NCBI GenBank assembly: GCA_951804945.1 | Contig: OX638155.1 | Coordinates: forward strand, 5,642,001-5,706,000 | DNA from: Podarcis cretensis | Taxonomy: Eukaryota | DNA: 64,000 bases | Direction of reading: 5' to 3' | Shown here: piece by piece, positions 48,997 through 60,336 of the stretch | Layout of the letters: every line of letters begins with the position of its first letter | How positions within the stretch are numbered: position 1 is the stretch's first letter | Position numbers and translations under genes: made by a program | Notes under the pieces: generated by a model | The model's database searches: none | The model's input: only the letters and a program-made list of their open reading frames with translations | What the model was told of the DNA's origin: nothing

Positions 48997-51900
48997 CTTC
49001 ACATTGCTGGATGCTTCCTGGGGTTGTGTGTGCTTGTGTGTTTCCTAGAGTGGCAGAGGACCCGATAGCAACAGCCAGACAGGGCCTTCTCACTTGTAGC
49101 ACCCCTTGTGGGGCTCTCTCCTAAGGAGGCTTGCCTAGTGCCTGTGTTAATATCTGCTAGGCACCAGACAAATACCTTTTTATTTCCCCAGGTTTTTAAT
49201 TTCTGGTGCATTTTTATATATCCGCTTGGATTGTTTGTTGTGCTCTCTCAACCATTTTATTGATGCTGTTGTAATACTTCCTTGGAAACTCTTAACTGAA
49301 GAGCAGTATAGAAATGTTTTAAGCCAATGAATAGGATTTAGCGGTGGACCCTCTTCTGTTGGGGCTTCGGTCTCTGTGGGTGCCTAGTAATACTGATCCA
49401 TGGCACCTTGTCCTCGAGTCGACTACTTCCACTGCATTTTCTAAGCATTTCCTTAAGTAGTAACTAGGACCTAATACCTCTTTCTCCAGTCTTATGCTCC
49501 CTTTAAATGGAAATAAATCTGCAGTTTTTAGCACTCTTACACAATTGTCTGCAGTCCTGTTCTCCCAAATAAGTGATCTCCTGCAGATTTGAAAACTGTG
49601 TAGTAATCTGTGCGATTGTCTGTATTTTTTCTAGTGAATCACCTGTGCCTTTTAAGTGTATGAAAGCAGAAATTCTGCAAGTGAAGTTTTTCCCCCCTTG
49701 CATGGAGTGATAATGAACACCTCCAATAACTGTGATGAGGCAGAGGAGCACTGCTAAGGGGGGAAATGTGGCGATCCTAATTGTCTATAATCGCCTGCAA
49801 TCTACTGTCTATATTTAAAGCAGCTTCTTATCATTGGGACAGTGCTAATGAGGGATTTTACTAGAAGCTTAACAGCAGCTGTCCATTAGTTTCCCTGGGC
49901 AAAGGTGACCACTTGTATCCTTACAACGTGTAGGGTTGCCACCTTTCTCACTGGCACTGCTTCTCCACCTTTAATAGCAGGTGAAGCTTCTCTTGGCAGG
50001 AAGAGAAAATTATGGGGAAAGCTCCACCCAATACTATTTTTGAAGGTACAGAAACAGTATTGCTGTTTTTAAAGTAGCAGTCCATTCCTCCCCGCCCCCA
50101 CACATACACACATTTCCCCCCTTCACACAACTGCATTTTAATAAATCAGTCTAACATGATATTTCTTGAAATCTGATTGCAAATGGTGTCTGTTGCTCAC
50201 AGTGCAGTTCAGAGATTTTTTTCCCCGGGGCAAGAGAAACTCAGTGGATACTGAGAGACATAATTAGCAGGCAGGTGCTTGGAATCATTTGTGCCATACC
50301 AGAATTCTCTGGAGTTACCAATGAAGTACTCCAGGAGTAAGGCTGCCACCTTGTCTTACTTGCCTTTAACAGCCAACCTTGCACTAGAATTGCCCATTTT
50401 TCAACTGACCGATGTAGCTGTGCTGTGTGTCCGTATGCAAGCTCCTTGGGGTCAGAGTCTTTTCTTCACAGTCAGTAACCCAGGAGTTTGTAGGTGGCAT
50501 CTCCAGAGGTACTTGCAGTGCAAGATCTGCTCAGTGTTTGAAATTGCTCTCTTCCCTCCCTCCCTACCATCCACTGCCACTCCATTGCCTTTCTGTTCTG
50601 AAAGGTGTTCCCCCTCCTTATACAGGCAAACATAGACAATGAAGGACCTCTAGAAAGCCTCGTTTCCTTTTCCGATCCCTGCCTTGACCTGTGTGAGGAG
50701 GCCATTGGTCCACTGAGCTCACCCTAACTGGCAGTGGCTCCCCAAGGTTCTCAGCAAAGGTTTTCTGTCCTTCTGGCCAACATCCTTTTAATGAAAACCT
50801 TGAACCAGGGACCTTCAGCATAACAGCACATCCTCCGCCATGGCCTCTCCTCTTCTTTCGCAAAAGAAAATCCAGCGGAACTAACACATTCCATAGAAAA
50901 TGCCAGTTAAATGCAGCACAGACATACAGTGGTTTAATGGAAGAAGTGTTTGTGATGCAATTGATGTAGGACGCATACACAGCAGGTTGCCATAGAAACT
51001 GCCAGTGTGCTAGATACAGGAGGGCCTCCTAGCCTTCGGAAGATGCTGAGCTGTAATGGCTAGAGCTCTGCCAAATCAGGAAGCATTTCTTGGTTTTATT
51101 TAAGCCGAAGAGCGGATTAATTCATACCAGTACTTTGCATTCCTGTTCTCGCCCCCCTCTGTCTTTCACACCAAGGATGTGAAAATAACACAGTGACAGA
51201 GGAAGGCAGGGTTGTACTTTACATTATATATAGCATAACTGCATAACCTAACATATAATATTTTCTAGTTTGTTCTAATTCTGTCTGCTAACTAGCCTGA
51301 CAGCTTCTTCCTTTTCTGGGTTGCCCTCACTGTGTGAGGAGACACGGCTTTTTGGGTTTGAGCACCCCAACGGGAGGACATTTGCCTATGCGGGAAACAT
51401 AGTCAAGAGTGCTGCCTATGTGCCAAGCTTCTTTGTCATATCCTGCAATTTTTGGCACAGTAACTGATTTGCTGTTCCACCCTTTTTGAACGTAGGATGA
51501 TTCTGAAGAGTACAAGGCAGTATACACACTCATACAAAGCAGCCTTATATTTTTATTCTGCTTTCCCACTTGTTTATTAGATCCTCTACTTTTATTGATT
51601 GCACTATTTCTATTAGTTTCATTTAAGCCTCCCTAAGCACTTGGCTGGCTGAAAGGCAGAGTAAAAATGTATGGCAGTAAGTCCCATTGAGGTCAACAGG
51701 GCTTTCTCCCGGGTAACTGGGCATAGGATTACACCCTAATAAAGACAAGCAATTACTCTGGTAGCTGGCAGTCTGTTTTATGTTCAGACTTTTCTACTAT
51801 CTTCTAAACAAACTTAAGATGGCAAGTTTTATTTCCTTGTTTTTAATTAGAAACTATCTCAGTTAAGTTTTCTCTTTTTTAGAACAATAATGATTATTTT

Positions 51901-52139
51901 CTTAATAAATGTTCCTTTGGGAATAACTGAAAATATCATTTCAGCCAACAGCATATTTGGAGTTCTAAACATAGACACTGCATTATTCTCAGCAAAAAAA
52001 CCCAACACTATTCCTGGTGTTGAGCCAAAGAAATAGATGGGGGATACTGCTGGTGTACAGTTGTCATGGCCAGACTACCTTTTGGTGAGGCTTTGGCCTC
52101 ATAGCAATAGCTATCTCCTGTGTGAGCTCATTAAGATGA

Positions 52140-52425
52140 TATTGACAAGCTGGAACGTGTGTAGAGGAGGGTCTGGAAACCAAGCCTTATGAGGAATGGT
52201 TGAGAGAGTTGGGTATGTTTAGCCTAGAGAAGAGGAGACTGAGAGAAGATAGGTTAGCCATTGTCAAATCTCACTCGGGAGGTTGTGGACTCTCCTTCCT
52301 TGGAGGTTTTTAAGTAGAGTTTGGACAGCAATCTTGTCATGGATGTTTTAGCTGAGATTCCTGCTGCATCGTAGGGAGTTGGACTCAATGCCCCTTGGGT
52401 CCCTTCCAACTCTATGATTCTATGA
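52140..52425 (+). mobile_element. Degenerate CR1 3' fragment
   Basis: GACAAGCTGGAACG...CCTTATGAGGAA...GGGTATGTTTAGCCTAGAGAAGAGGAGACT ... CTCTATGATTCTATGA. Confidence 0.8.
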
Positions 52426-52852
52426 AATATCTAAAGGGCAGCAGTGTGCCCATTCTTGAAGGATCCTACCCTGGACCCAGAGTTTTATGACAATACTGCA
52501 TTGTCACAAACACCCTGTTTTAGGTGAAGGTTCTAGAGAAGCTAATGACAGCTCAACTCCAGGTACTATTGGAAGAAGCAGATTATCTGGACCCGTTCCA
52601 ATCTGGGTTTGGGAAATGAACTGGCCTCAGTCACCATGGTGGATTGTACTCTTAGTAAGTGCCCAGTGATTACTTTTTTAAAAGTATTTTAGAGTATATT
52701 GCGGACATTGGGAAAGCATTGAAGGACAAGCAGTGATGGAGTTGCATGGTTGTCCCTACAGCTGCACTTATTTGGAAGTAAGTTCTGATTACTTTGAATC
52801 AGTGGGACCTGCTTGTAAGTATACAAATAAGGTCAGACTATAAATCAATGCA

Positions 52853-53215
52853 GGGACGCGGGTGGCGCTGTGGGTAAAAGCCTCAGCGCCTAGGGCTTGC
52901 TGATCGAAAGGTCGGCGGTTCGAATCCCCGCGGCAGGGTGCACTCCTGTCGTTCGGTCCCAGCGCCTGCCAACCTAGCAATTCGAAAGCACCCCCGGGTG
53001 CAAGTAGATAAATAGGGACCGCTTACCAGCGGGAAGGTAAACTGCGTTTCCGTGTGTGGCTCTGGCTCGCCAGAGCAGCGATGTCACGCTGGCCACGTGA
53101 CCCGGAAGTGTCTCCGGACAGCGCTGGCCCCCGGCCTCTTGAGTGAGATGGGCGCACAACCCCAGAGTCTGTCAAGACTGGCCCGTACGGGCAGGGGTAC
53201 CTTTACCTTTACCTT
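52853..53215 (+). mobile_element. Full-length Sauria SINE
   Basis: GGGACGCGGGTGGCGCTGTGG head with B box GGTTCGAATCC, (ACCTTT)n tail, and a perfect 14-bp TSD TATAAATCAATGCA (52839-52852 / 53216-53229). Confidence 0.9.
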
Positions 53216-53692
53216 TATAAATCAATGCAAGAAGTAGACACCAGGATATTAGAATTAGCTGAGTCAACAGCTCAAGTAACAGTTTTACAGGCAGTCTAAA
53301 GTGGTTCTACAGCTGAAGGGATCTGTTTTGGCATCTTGATTTGGTAGAAAGTGCTGCCAATTTCCCCGTCTCCCATACTGCCTTTTGTTTTAATGTAAGC
53401 AGCAAATAGAGCTTTGTGGGCCCAAAAGCCTTTGATTGCACCCCTTCATGGATGTGACTTGATAGAAGGGGGGAGTTTTATTTTCCAGTGGCATTGTGCT
53501 ACTTATTGTTAAAAAATGAAATATATATGAAACACGGCTTTTCAAGAATGAGAGAGAAACAGTGGGTCTCCTAATCCACCTGGATCCTTGCACCCTGACA
53601 TGAAACTCCTGGCTCACAGTTTCAGAAGAGAGGAGTAAGAATCTACCATTACTTATTGTCAGGATACAGAGGTACATACTCAGGCCCAAATG

Positions 53693-54033
53693 CATTCCAG
53701 ACTCTCCAAGTGTCCCTATTTTCCAGGGATGTCCCTGATTTAGAGACGCCATCCAGGTTTCTCATTTGATCCCGGAATGTCCCACTTTTCCTTAGAATGC
53801 CCCTATTTTCATTGGAGAAATGTTGGAGGTTGTGGAGTTATCTGACCCCTGAGCCATCTGAAGGCAATCCTGTATAGGGAAGTTTTTTTAATGTGTCATG
53901 TTTTATTATGTTTTTATATATGTTGGAAGCTGCCTGGAGTGCCTGAGGCAACCCTGTAAGATGTGTGGGGTATAAATAGTAAAAATATCATTATGGAATG
54001 GAATTTCTCATCAGAGAAATTTTGGAGGGTATG
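53693..54033. mobile_element. Composite MITE copy carrying a LINE-like 3' end
   Basis: Repeated GTCCC(T)ATTTT subterminal motifs, end TTGGAGGGTATG. Interior TGTTGGAAGCTGCC...GGGGTATAAATA resembles the LINE end at 6471. Confidence 0.6.
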
Positions 54034-54679
54034 ACAACATAATGTGTAACTTATGTGTTGAGCTTCTTAACTGTGTTCAGCAAGTTATTGTCAGTATCCT
54101 AAGTACACTAAGCGGGCAACATGCCCTGCTAAACAACATGCCCAGTTATTGGGGATTGGGGCTCCAATAACAGTAAATTCCAGAGGGGTAGACCTGTGAG
54201 CAACAAAAATAACAGATGTTTTTGTCATTATTGAGGCATGTGCTTTGTGAATCAAGAGTTTCATGAAATACTGAGGAGAAAACTTCATGCATCTGCCAAA
54301 GTAGGCTCTAGTCCACAAAAGCTAATGTCACAATAAATCTGTTTTAATGTGCCATAAGACACTGTTGTGTACCAGAGAGAATGTCTGTAGGAAAAGTTTT
54401 TTTCTTTTCCTTGCATAACAAGCACTCTTGCACAACTTTTAAAGGGACAGTAGGTTTGCTTTGAGGTTCCAAGTTAAGAGTACACCCATGAAGAAATTAG
54501 TCCCTCAAAAAAGGATACCTCCCTTGTACTTTCTCCCCCACTCCCCACCCCCCAAAAAAAACAATACTAAGAATAGACTGTGCTGTGTGTGCTTTGTGGA
54601 GGAAGCAATCCCTTAGATTGTTAACACTGTGTCTACTCTACCTCGTTTTAATGTTTCATTTGCTTTGTTTTCTCCTTAG

Positions 54680-54768
54680 GTCTCAGAATGGGGATGAGAA
54701 TGGGACTTGGCCAAACAACCAGTTTGATACAGAAATGCTTCAAGCCATGATTCTTGCATCAGCAAATG
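54680..54768 (+). CDS. PCDHG: Protocadherin gamma constant exon 2
   Basis: TAG|G TCT CAG AAT GGG... = [29 protein letters not shown]. 89 bp; donor G|GTCAGT. Phases are compatible with exons 1 and 3. Confidence 0.97.
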
Positions 54769-55636
54769 GTCAGTTGCAGCTAACATGTTCACTAATGTTA
54801 TTACTTTCAGCTGTGCTGGGAGTGAGCGGAGGGTGTGTGTGTGTGTGTGGAGGATATTTAATGTACATGCCTGTAAAATTTTATACAGAAAGCTTGTACT
54901 AAAACAGCTTCAGGGTTATGGCAAGAGAGCCAAGGTTTGCGTGCTTCCTGAATAGCTGTGCCGCTATTTATCACCATACAGAATTCCATGGCAAATGGGC
55001 AGCTGGCTGGTTTGCAACTCTTTGTAGATTAAAGGGCTTCTTTGTTCTTAGAAGAACTCTAATCTCTTAGTCAATTAATGTTTGTATACAGGATTTTTTC
55101 TTTTAAAAAAAAACTCAACATAAAAATAGCTGGAGGCGGGTTCCCAAATATTGTTCGCATAGCTGCCTACACATCTTAAACAGTCCTGGTTAACAGTTGC
55201 TCAGGCTGGTTTAGGACACTGACACGCATGTTTGGAATTAAAGCATTTACATTTTAAAACAGAGAGGGTTAGAATGCGGAAGTTCAGTTCAGCTCTGAAA
55301 TGTGTCTTGGTAAAAATAGCTTTAGGGGGTCCATATGTTCACCACTGTCTCTCAGCAAATCCAGATCCAATTTCCTTGCTTTGCGAATTAAAGGATTGCT
55401 TTTGAGCTGTCTTCTGCACAGTTCCAGGGACCAGGAAGTCGGAAGCTGCCCCACAAATTGCAGATTGCCTGATGAGCAGTGGCAGACAAGCCAGCATTTA
55501 ACTTTATAAAGAGAATCTCAGACAAAAGTCACACAATTTTGTTGTTGTTGTTAATGTTTATTTGTCACTTTTCTAACACAGAAGAGTGTCCCAAAGCAAC
55601 TTAACTGGATAAGACATTAAAACTCTGTATAAAATA

Positions 55637-55838
55637 CAGTCATACCTCGGGTTGAAGTCGCTTCAGGTTAAGCCTTTTCAGGTTGCGCTCGGCGGTGACC
55701 CAGAAGTAATGGAGTGTGTTATTTCCGGGTTTCGCTGCTCGCGCATGTGCGGACGCCCAAAATGACGCCATGCGCCTGCGCTTCAGAATGCGAATGGGGC
55801 TCCGGAACGGAACCCGTTCGCATCCAGAGGTACCACTG
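55637..55838. mobile_element. Tc1/mariner (Tigger-like) MITE
   Basis: TA-CAGTCATACCTCGG ... GAGGTACCACTG-TA. Confidence 0.75.
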
Positions 55839-55899
55839 TACAATACCTTAGCATTCTGACCTATGAATATGAAAGCATCACTTACTACCCTCCCAATTA

Positions 55900-56790
55900 A
55901 TAGTCACATCCCTGGGCAAACAAATAGGTTTTAGTCTGGTGCCTAAAAGCAAACAACAGTGGTACCTGGTGAACTTCCCAGGTGCATTTCACAAACGGGA
56001 AGCCGCCAAACTCCACACCTCCCTCAGAGAAGGCACACCAAGAAGGACCTCTGTTGATATTTATGTGGGGTCTCATGAAGAGTGGTGGTTCTTAGGTATT
56101 GAGGTCCTGAGCCACATATGGCTGTGTTAGTAAAAACCAGCACTTTGAATTGAGCCCAGAAACCAATTGGCAGCCCCTGCAGCCAGGCCAGAATTGGTGT
56201 TATATACTCAGACTGCCTTATCCCAATCAGCAATCTGGCTGCCAGCTTCTGAACTAGCTACAGTTTCCAAACCATCTTCAAAGGCAGTCCTGTGCGTAAC
56301 ACATTAATCTAATTTAGAGGTTACCAGAGTGTGGATGACAGAAGTTATCACTGTCCAGAGGTTATCACTTGTGCCTCAAGTGACACTAAAAGATCCAGAA
56401 GTAGCCCCAAACTGTGTACCTGTTCCTTCAGGAGGAGTGTTAACCCCATGCAGAACAGGCTGAACCCCAGCCATCCGGTTTAGTGAAGCACCCAGTAACA
56501 GCACCACAGTCTTATCTAAATCAAGGTTGTTGGCTCCCATCTAATCCATTTATCAGTGCTAGACACTTGTCTAGCATATCCATCACAACTCCTGCAGCTG
56601 CAAAGAGGGAAACAGAGGTGCAGATCATCAGCATAGTGCTAGCACTGCACTCCAAAATGCAAGGGGACCTTACTCAGTCAGAGGTTTCATGTAGATGCTA
56701 AATGGCACAGGGGATACAATTGACCCCTGTAGAACCCCACTTTGGAGGCTCCATGGGGACAAACAACAATCCACAAGCATTCCATTCTGT
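55900..56790 (-). mobile_element. Degenerate L2-clade LINE fragment
   Basis: Minus-strand YITPILAWLQGLPIGFWAQFKVLVF...GSGPQYL and a GV.QGS relic at ~56710-56740. Confidence 0.8.
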
Positions 56791-58858
56791 CAGTGCAGCA
56801 CATTCCCATCCACACTGGATCCAAAACACCACAAAATTAGGCAATCACTTCACAAACTGGCTGTAATCTGAATGTTGAAATCCCTGACAATTGCTTATTT
56901 AATTACGTAGTTAAAATTGCAAAATGCACATAAAACTAATACTTCTGAAGACAATGTGTTTTCTGGATCAGGTTATTCAGAGGCTGACCTCAGTGGGACT
57001 TACTGTCAAGGAAATGTGCAGAATTGCAGCATGCTTGCAAGTTTTAGATGTGATATCTTGCCTGGGGGTAAATACGGCTAGCTAATCATCACATTTATCC
57101 TTGCTGAGCTGACACCTCCAAGTGGCTTGTCCACACGGAGCATTATTTAGCTGTTAATCCACTTTCCCCATGCTCATAGGGCCAGCAGCATTGCCTCTGC
57201 CCATGGAGCTAACTCCCACAGGAGCCAAGGCACCCAAAGGTCTCTTTAGCTCCCTCCCACCCAGCGAGACCAGCCAGGAGGAAGTGATCTAGCAGCTGCT
57301 TGCTCTGTGGGCAAGTCCAGACACAGACAAAGAGGAGTAAGTTGTGTAAGGAAAGAACACTGCCAAAGTCTGTCTTCCTTTGGCACCTTAGAGAGGATGG
57401 AGGTAAAGGAGCTGCATGTTAGGAGGCAAAGAGGAGGACCAGTGCTTTGCTGGGACCAAATGGGGAGCCCCCTAGCAAGGCTGGACAGATCTCCCAGGCG
57501 GGCCACCTGTTTTCTACCAGAGAGAGCCACTCTGGATCTACAAAGGGGATCTGGTAGAAAGGGAAACAGAGAAGCTGTAGCAGTTCCTGGGGTGGGGGGG
57601 GAGGCAGAATCTAGCTGCCTGTGCAGCACACACATTTAAGAGATTTCGGTGCCTGCTATTTGCGGAACCTCTCTCCCAAGCCACATAATGGGCTTAGTTC
57701 AGCAAAGCACACAAGCAAGCGAGATGCATTCAAGCAATCATGCTGTTCACGTCAGTGCTTTCTAATGTCCATTTAAGCAGATTTCCCCCATTATTTTTGT
57801 CAAATGGAGGTGGGAGGGGTTTATTAAGCATTCACCTCTTGTCTTAGCTGTAGCCTCTGCAAATCAACATGGATAGTGGTTAACGTCTGCTCCAACAGGC
57901 CCTGTTTGCCAAGTCCCTCTTCACAGTCAGGGTTCATCCAGACTTTATTTGGTGCTGTGTTTCTAAGCACAGGTCTGAGCTTCAAAGCTCTGTGTCCAAG
58001 CAGTTTGGTTTTTTTGTTTTGGGTCCTGGTGCTTACCCCACAGAAACCTGCTCTTCACCGCTGAATCAGAGCAAAAGGCAATCGGAGTTTCTATGGATTG
58101 ACATTTAATCAGATTCAGTGGTAAAACGTGGGTTTTCCCCAGGGAAAGCGCCAGGACAAAAAACAAAAACAAACGCTGCTTGGCTATGGAGCTTTAGAGT
58201 GCGGACATATGCCTGGAAAGTGCAACACAAAAGAAAGCCTGGGTGAGCCCTAAATCACTGTCCTGAGTTTGTATTCCAGGGAGCGTGGCTTTTAAAAAAT
58301 AGGTTACTGTGTCTATACATTCACTGGATTTGCTGCTCGCTTTAGCTCCCCCCACCAAAGGCTCTGGAGATCACATCTCTGCCAAGCAACTGATGACTAT
58401 CCAAATGCTTCCAAATGTATTTGAGTTGCAGCTATTCTGCAGTAACTACAAGCAGATGCATTTGTCTAATAAAACGGTCTGTAATGTTGGGATGTTGTTT
58501 CTTTCAAAGGAAAGCTATTTTTGTTGCGCAGTTTTAGCCCAACGTAACACCAGTACTGAATAGTGAATGTGAACAGCCATTCAGTCCATGGTGTGAGAAT
58601 AGTGTCTGTATTTTTATCTTTTGAGGCTATGGGGTTAATCTATTAGTTTCAAATGAAACTGCATTGAAATATTGACAATGCTGATTAAAATGCATTTGTT
58701 TATATTTGACTCAGGTACAAACGCAGATCAATTTTTTATTTTCACCTTATCCTTCAAAAAAATGTGACGGTGCTGTGAGCTACCTATCTATGTGCAGGGA
58801 GGTTTTGGCAGCGGAGCATTCAAAAAACAAATAAACAATAATGGTTGTTTCCCCCATA

Positions 58859-59075
58859 CAGTGGTACCTCGGGCTAAGTACTTAATTCATTCCGGAAGTC
58901 TGTTCTTAACCTGAAGCACCACTTTAGCTAATGGGGCCTCCTGCTGCTGCCGCTGCAGAATTTCTGTTCTCATCTTGAAGCAAAGTTCTTAACCCGAGGT
59001 ACTATTTCTGGGTTAGCAGAGACTGTAACCTGAAGTGTATATAACCTGAAGCGTATGTAACCCGAGGTACCACTG
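58859..59075. mobile_element. Tc1/mariner (Tigger-like) MITE
   Basis: TA-CAGTGGTACCTCGGG ... CCCGAGGTACCACTG-TA, perfect 15-bp TIR. Confidence 0.85.
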
Positions 59076-59427
59076 TATTTTTAAAATACAAAAATATGAA
59101 GTGGCTGCTACATTTTATATTTACAAAATATGGGGGGGGGCAGCTATGGTTGTTTTCTTGTCCCAGTAGCTGTTGGTGCAACCTGAAATCTGTTTTGCAC
59201 CCAACGGAGACTAATCTAAACATTCCCTGCACTCAAAAGTAACATTTTAGTTTATCCTAAGAAAATTAATGTACTATGGATGATATCCAGCTAAGACAGG
59301 GTAGATCCATTAAAATCAATAGACCTAGTTAATCCACTGATTTCACTGAGTCTAATCTGTGAATGAATAATGTTGGCTATCACCCTTTCCTTACAAGCGT
59401 TGTGCAGGATCCCATCATCTTCTAAGC

Positions 59428-60128
59428 CAGTGTTTGTCACACAGTGGCCCTTGGGCCACTTTTGGGGGGCCTCATTGCCACAGTTTGCCCTGGCCCCTAG
59501 CCATGCCACAGCCTTTGGGCTGGACCAACACCTCCATTCCTGCTGAGTAAAGGTGACCAGGAGACAAAGAAATTGGAGAGGGGAAGCAGGGAGGAGAGGA
59601 GGAAGGTTTCCTTCCTCTGAAGGGAAAAGGCCAGGGGAGGTGTTGAATGAAATTAGAAAGCAAGATAACTGGGAATAGAAAGGAGGAAAAAGGAAAGAAA
59701 CTGGCAAGGGAAGAGGGGAGAGTTAAGTTGCAAGTTGTCTGTGAAAGGAGAATGGGAGATGAAATTAGAGGAGATGAGTGGGAAGGAAAGTATATAAAAG
59801 CAAAGCTTTCTCCACCTAGATCCTCTGGATCAGCAAATTCTACCTAAAATGGGGGGGGGGGGGTTTGAGTCATAATACCTCCAGTGTCAGTCCTTAGCCT
59901 GAGTAGAGCTGAGTTTTGAAGCATCTTGCCGCAAGGAAAGGGCTTTGATAAAGAATCTAGCAGTTTCCAAAGATGGATAAGATATCAGTAGAAAATATCA
60001 ATCTTGGCCTTCATCTGCCACCACATTGTGACTGGCTCTGCCTGTACTGCCATTTTGTGACTGGTGGGCCTCAGTAATTTTCAGCCATCTCAAGGGGGTC
60101 CTGAGCACAAAAAGTCTGAGAAGCCTTG
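59428..60128. mobile_element. Possible old hAT-type element
   Basis: Degenerate termini CAGTGTTTGTCA / TGAGAAGCCTTG with flanking TTCTAAGC / TTCTAAAC (8 bp, 1 mismatch). Confidence 0.4.
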
Positions 60129-60311
60129 TTCTAAACACTTTCTATGGTCACTTGGAAAAACTGTGCTTAACTACAGAGACTGGGGTGACATCCATCATTA
60201 GCCATATTCAGAGGTCATTCATAGATTGCATGTTTAATGAAGCACAATGGAATGGTCAATCCATGTTTCTCTTTTTATTAAGTCTCGTCCTCATCCATTA
60301 GCATGGTTGTT

Positions 60312-60336
60312 GAGAGAGAGAGAGAGAGAGAGAGAG
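60312..60336. repeat. (GA)n microsatellite
   Basis: Visible directly. Confidence 0.9.

Noticed and set aside
54585-54902. 105-aa ORF as an independent gene
   Set aside because: It is constant exon 2 plus flanking intron read in frame.
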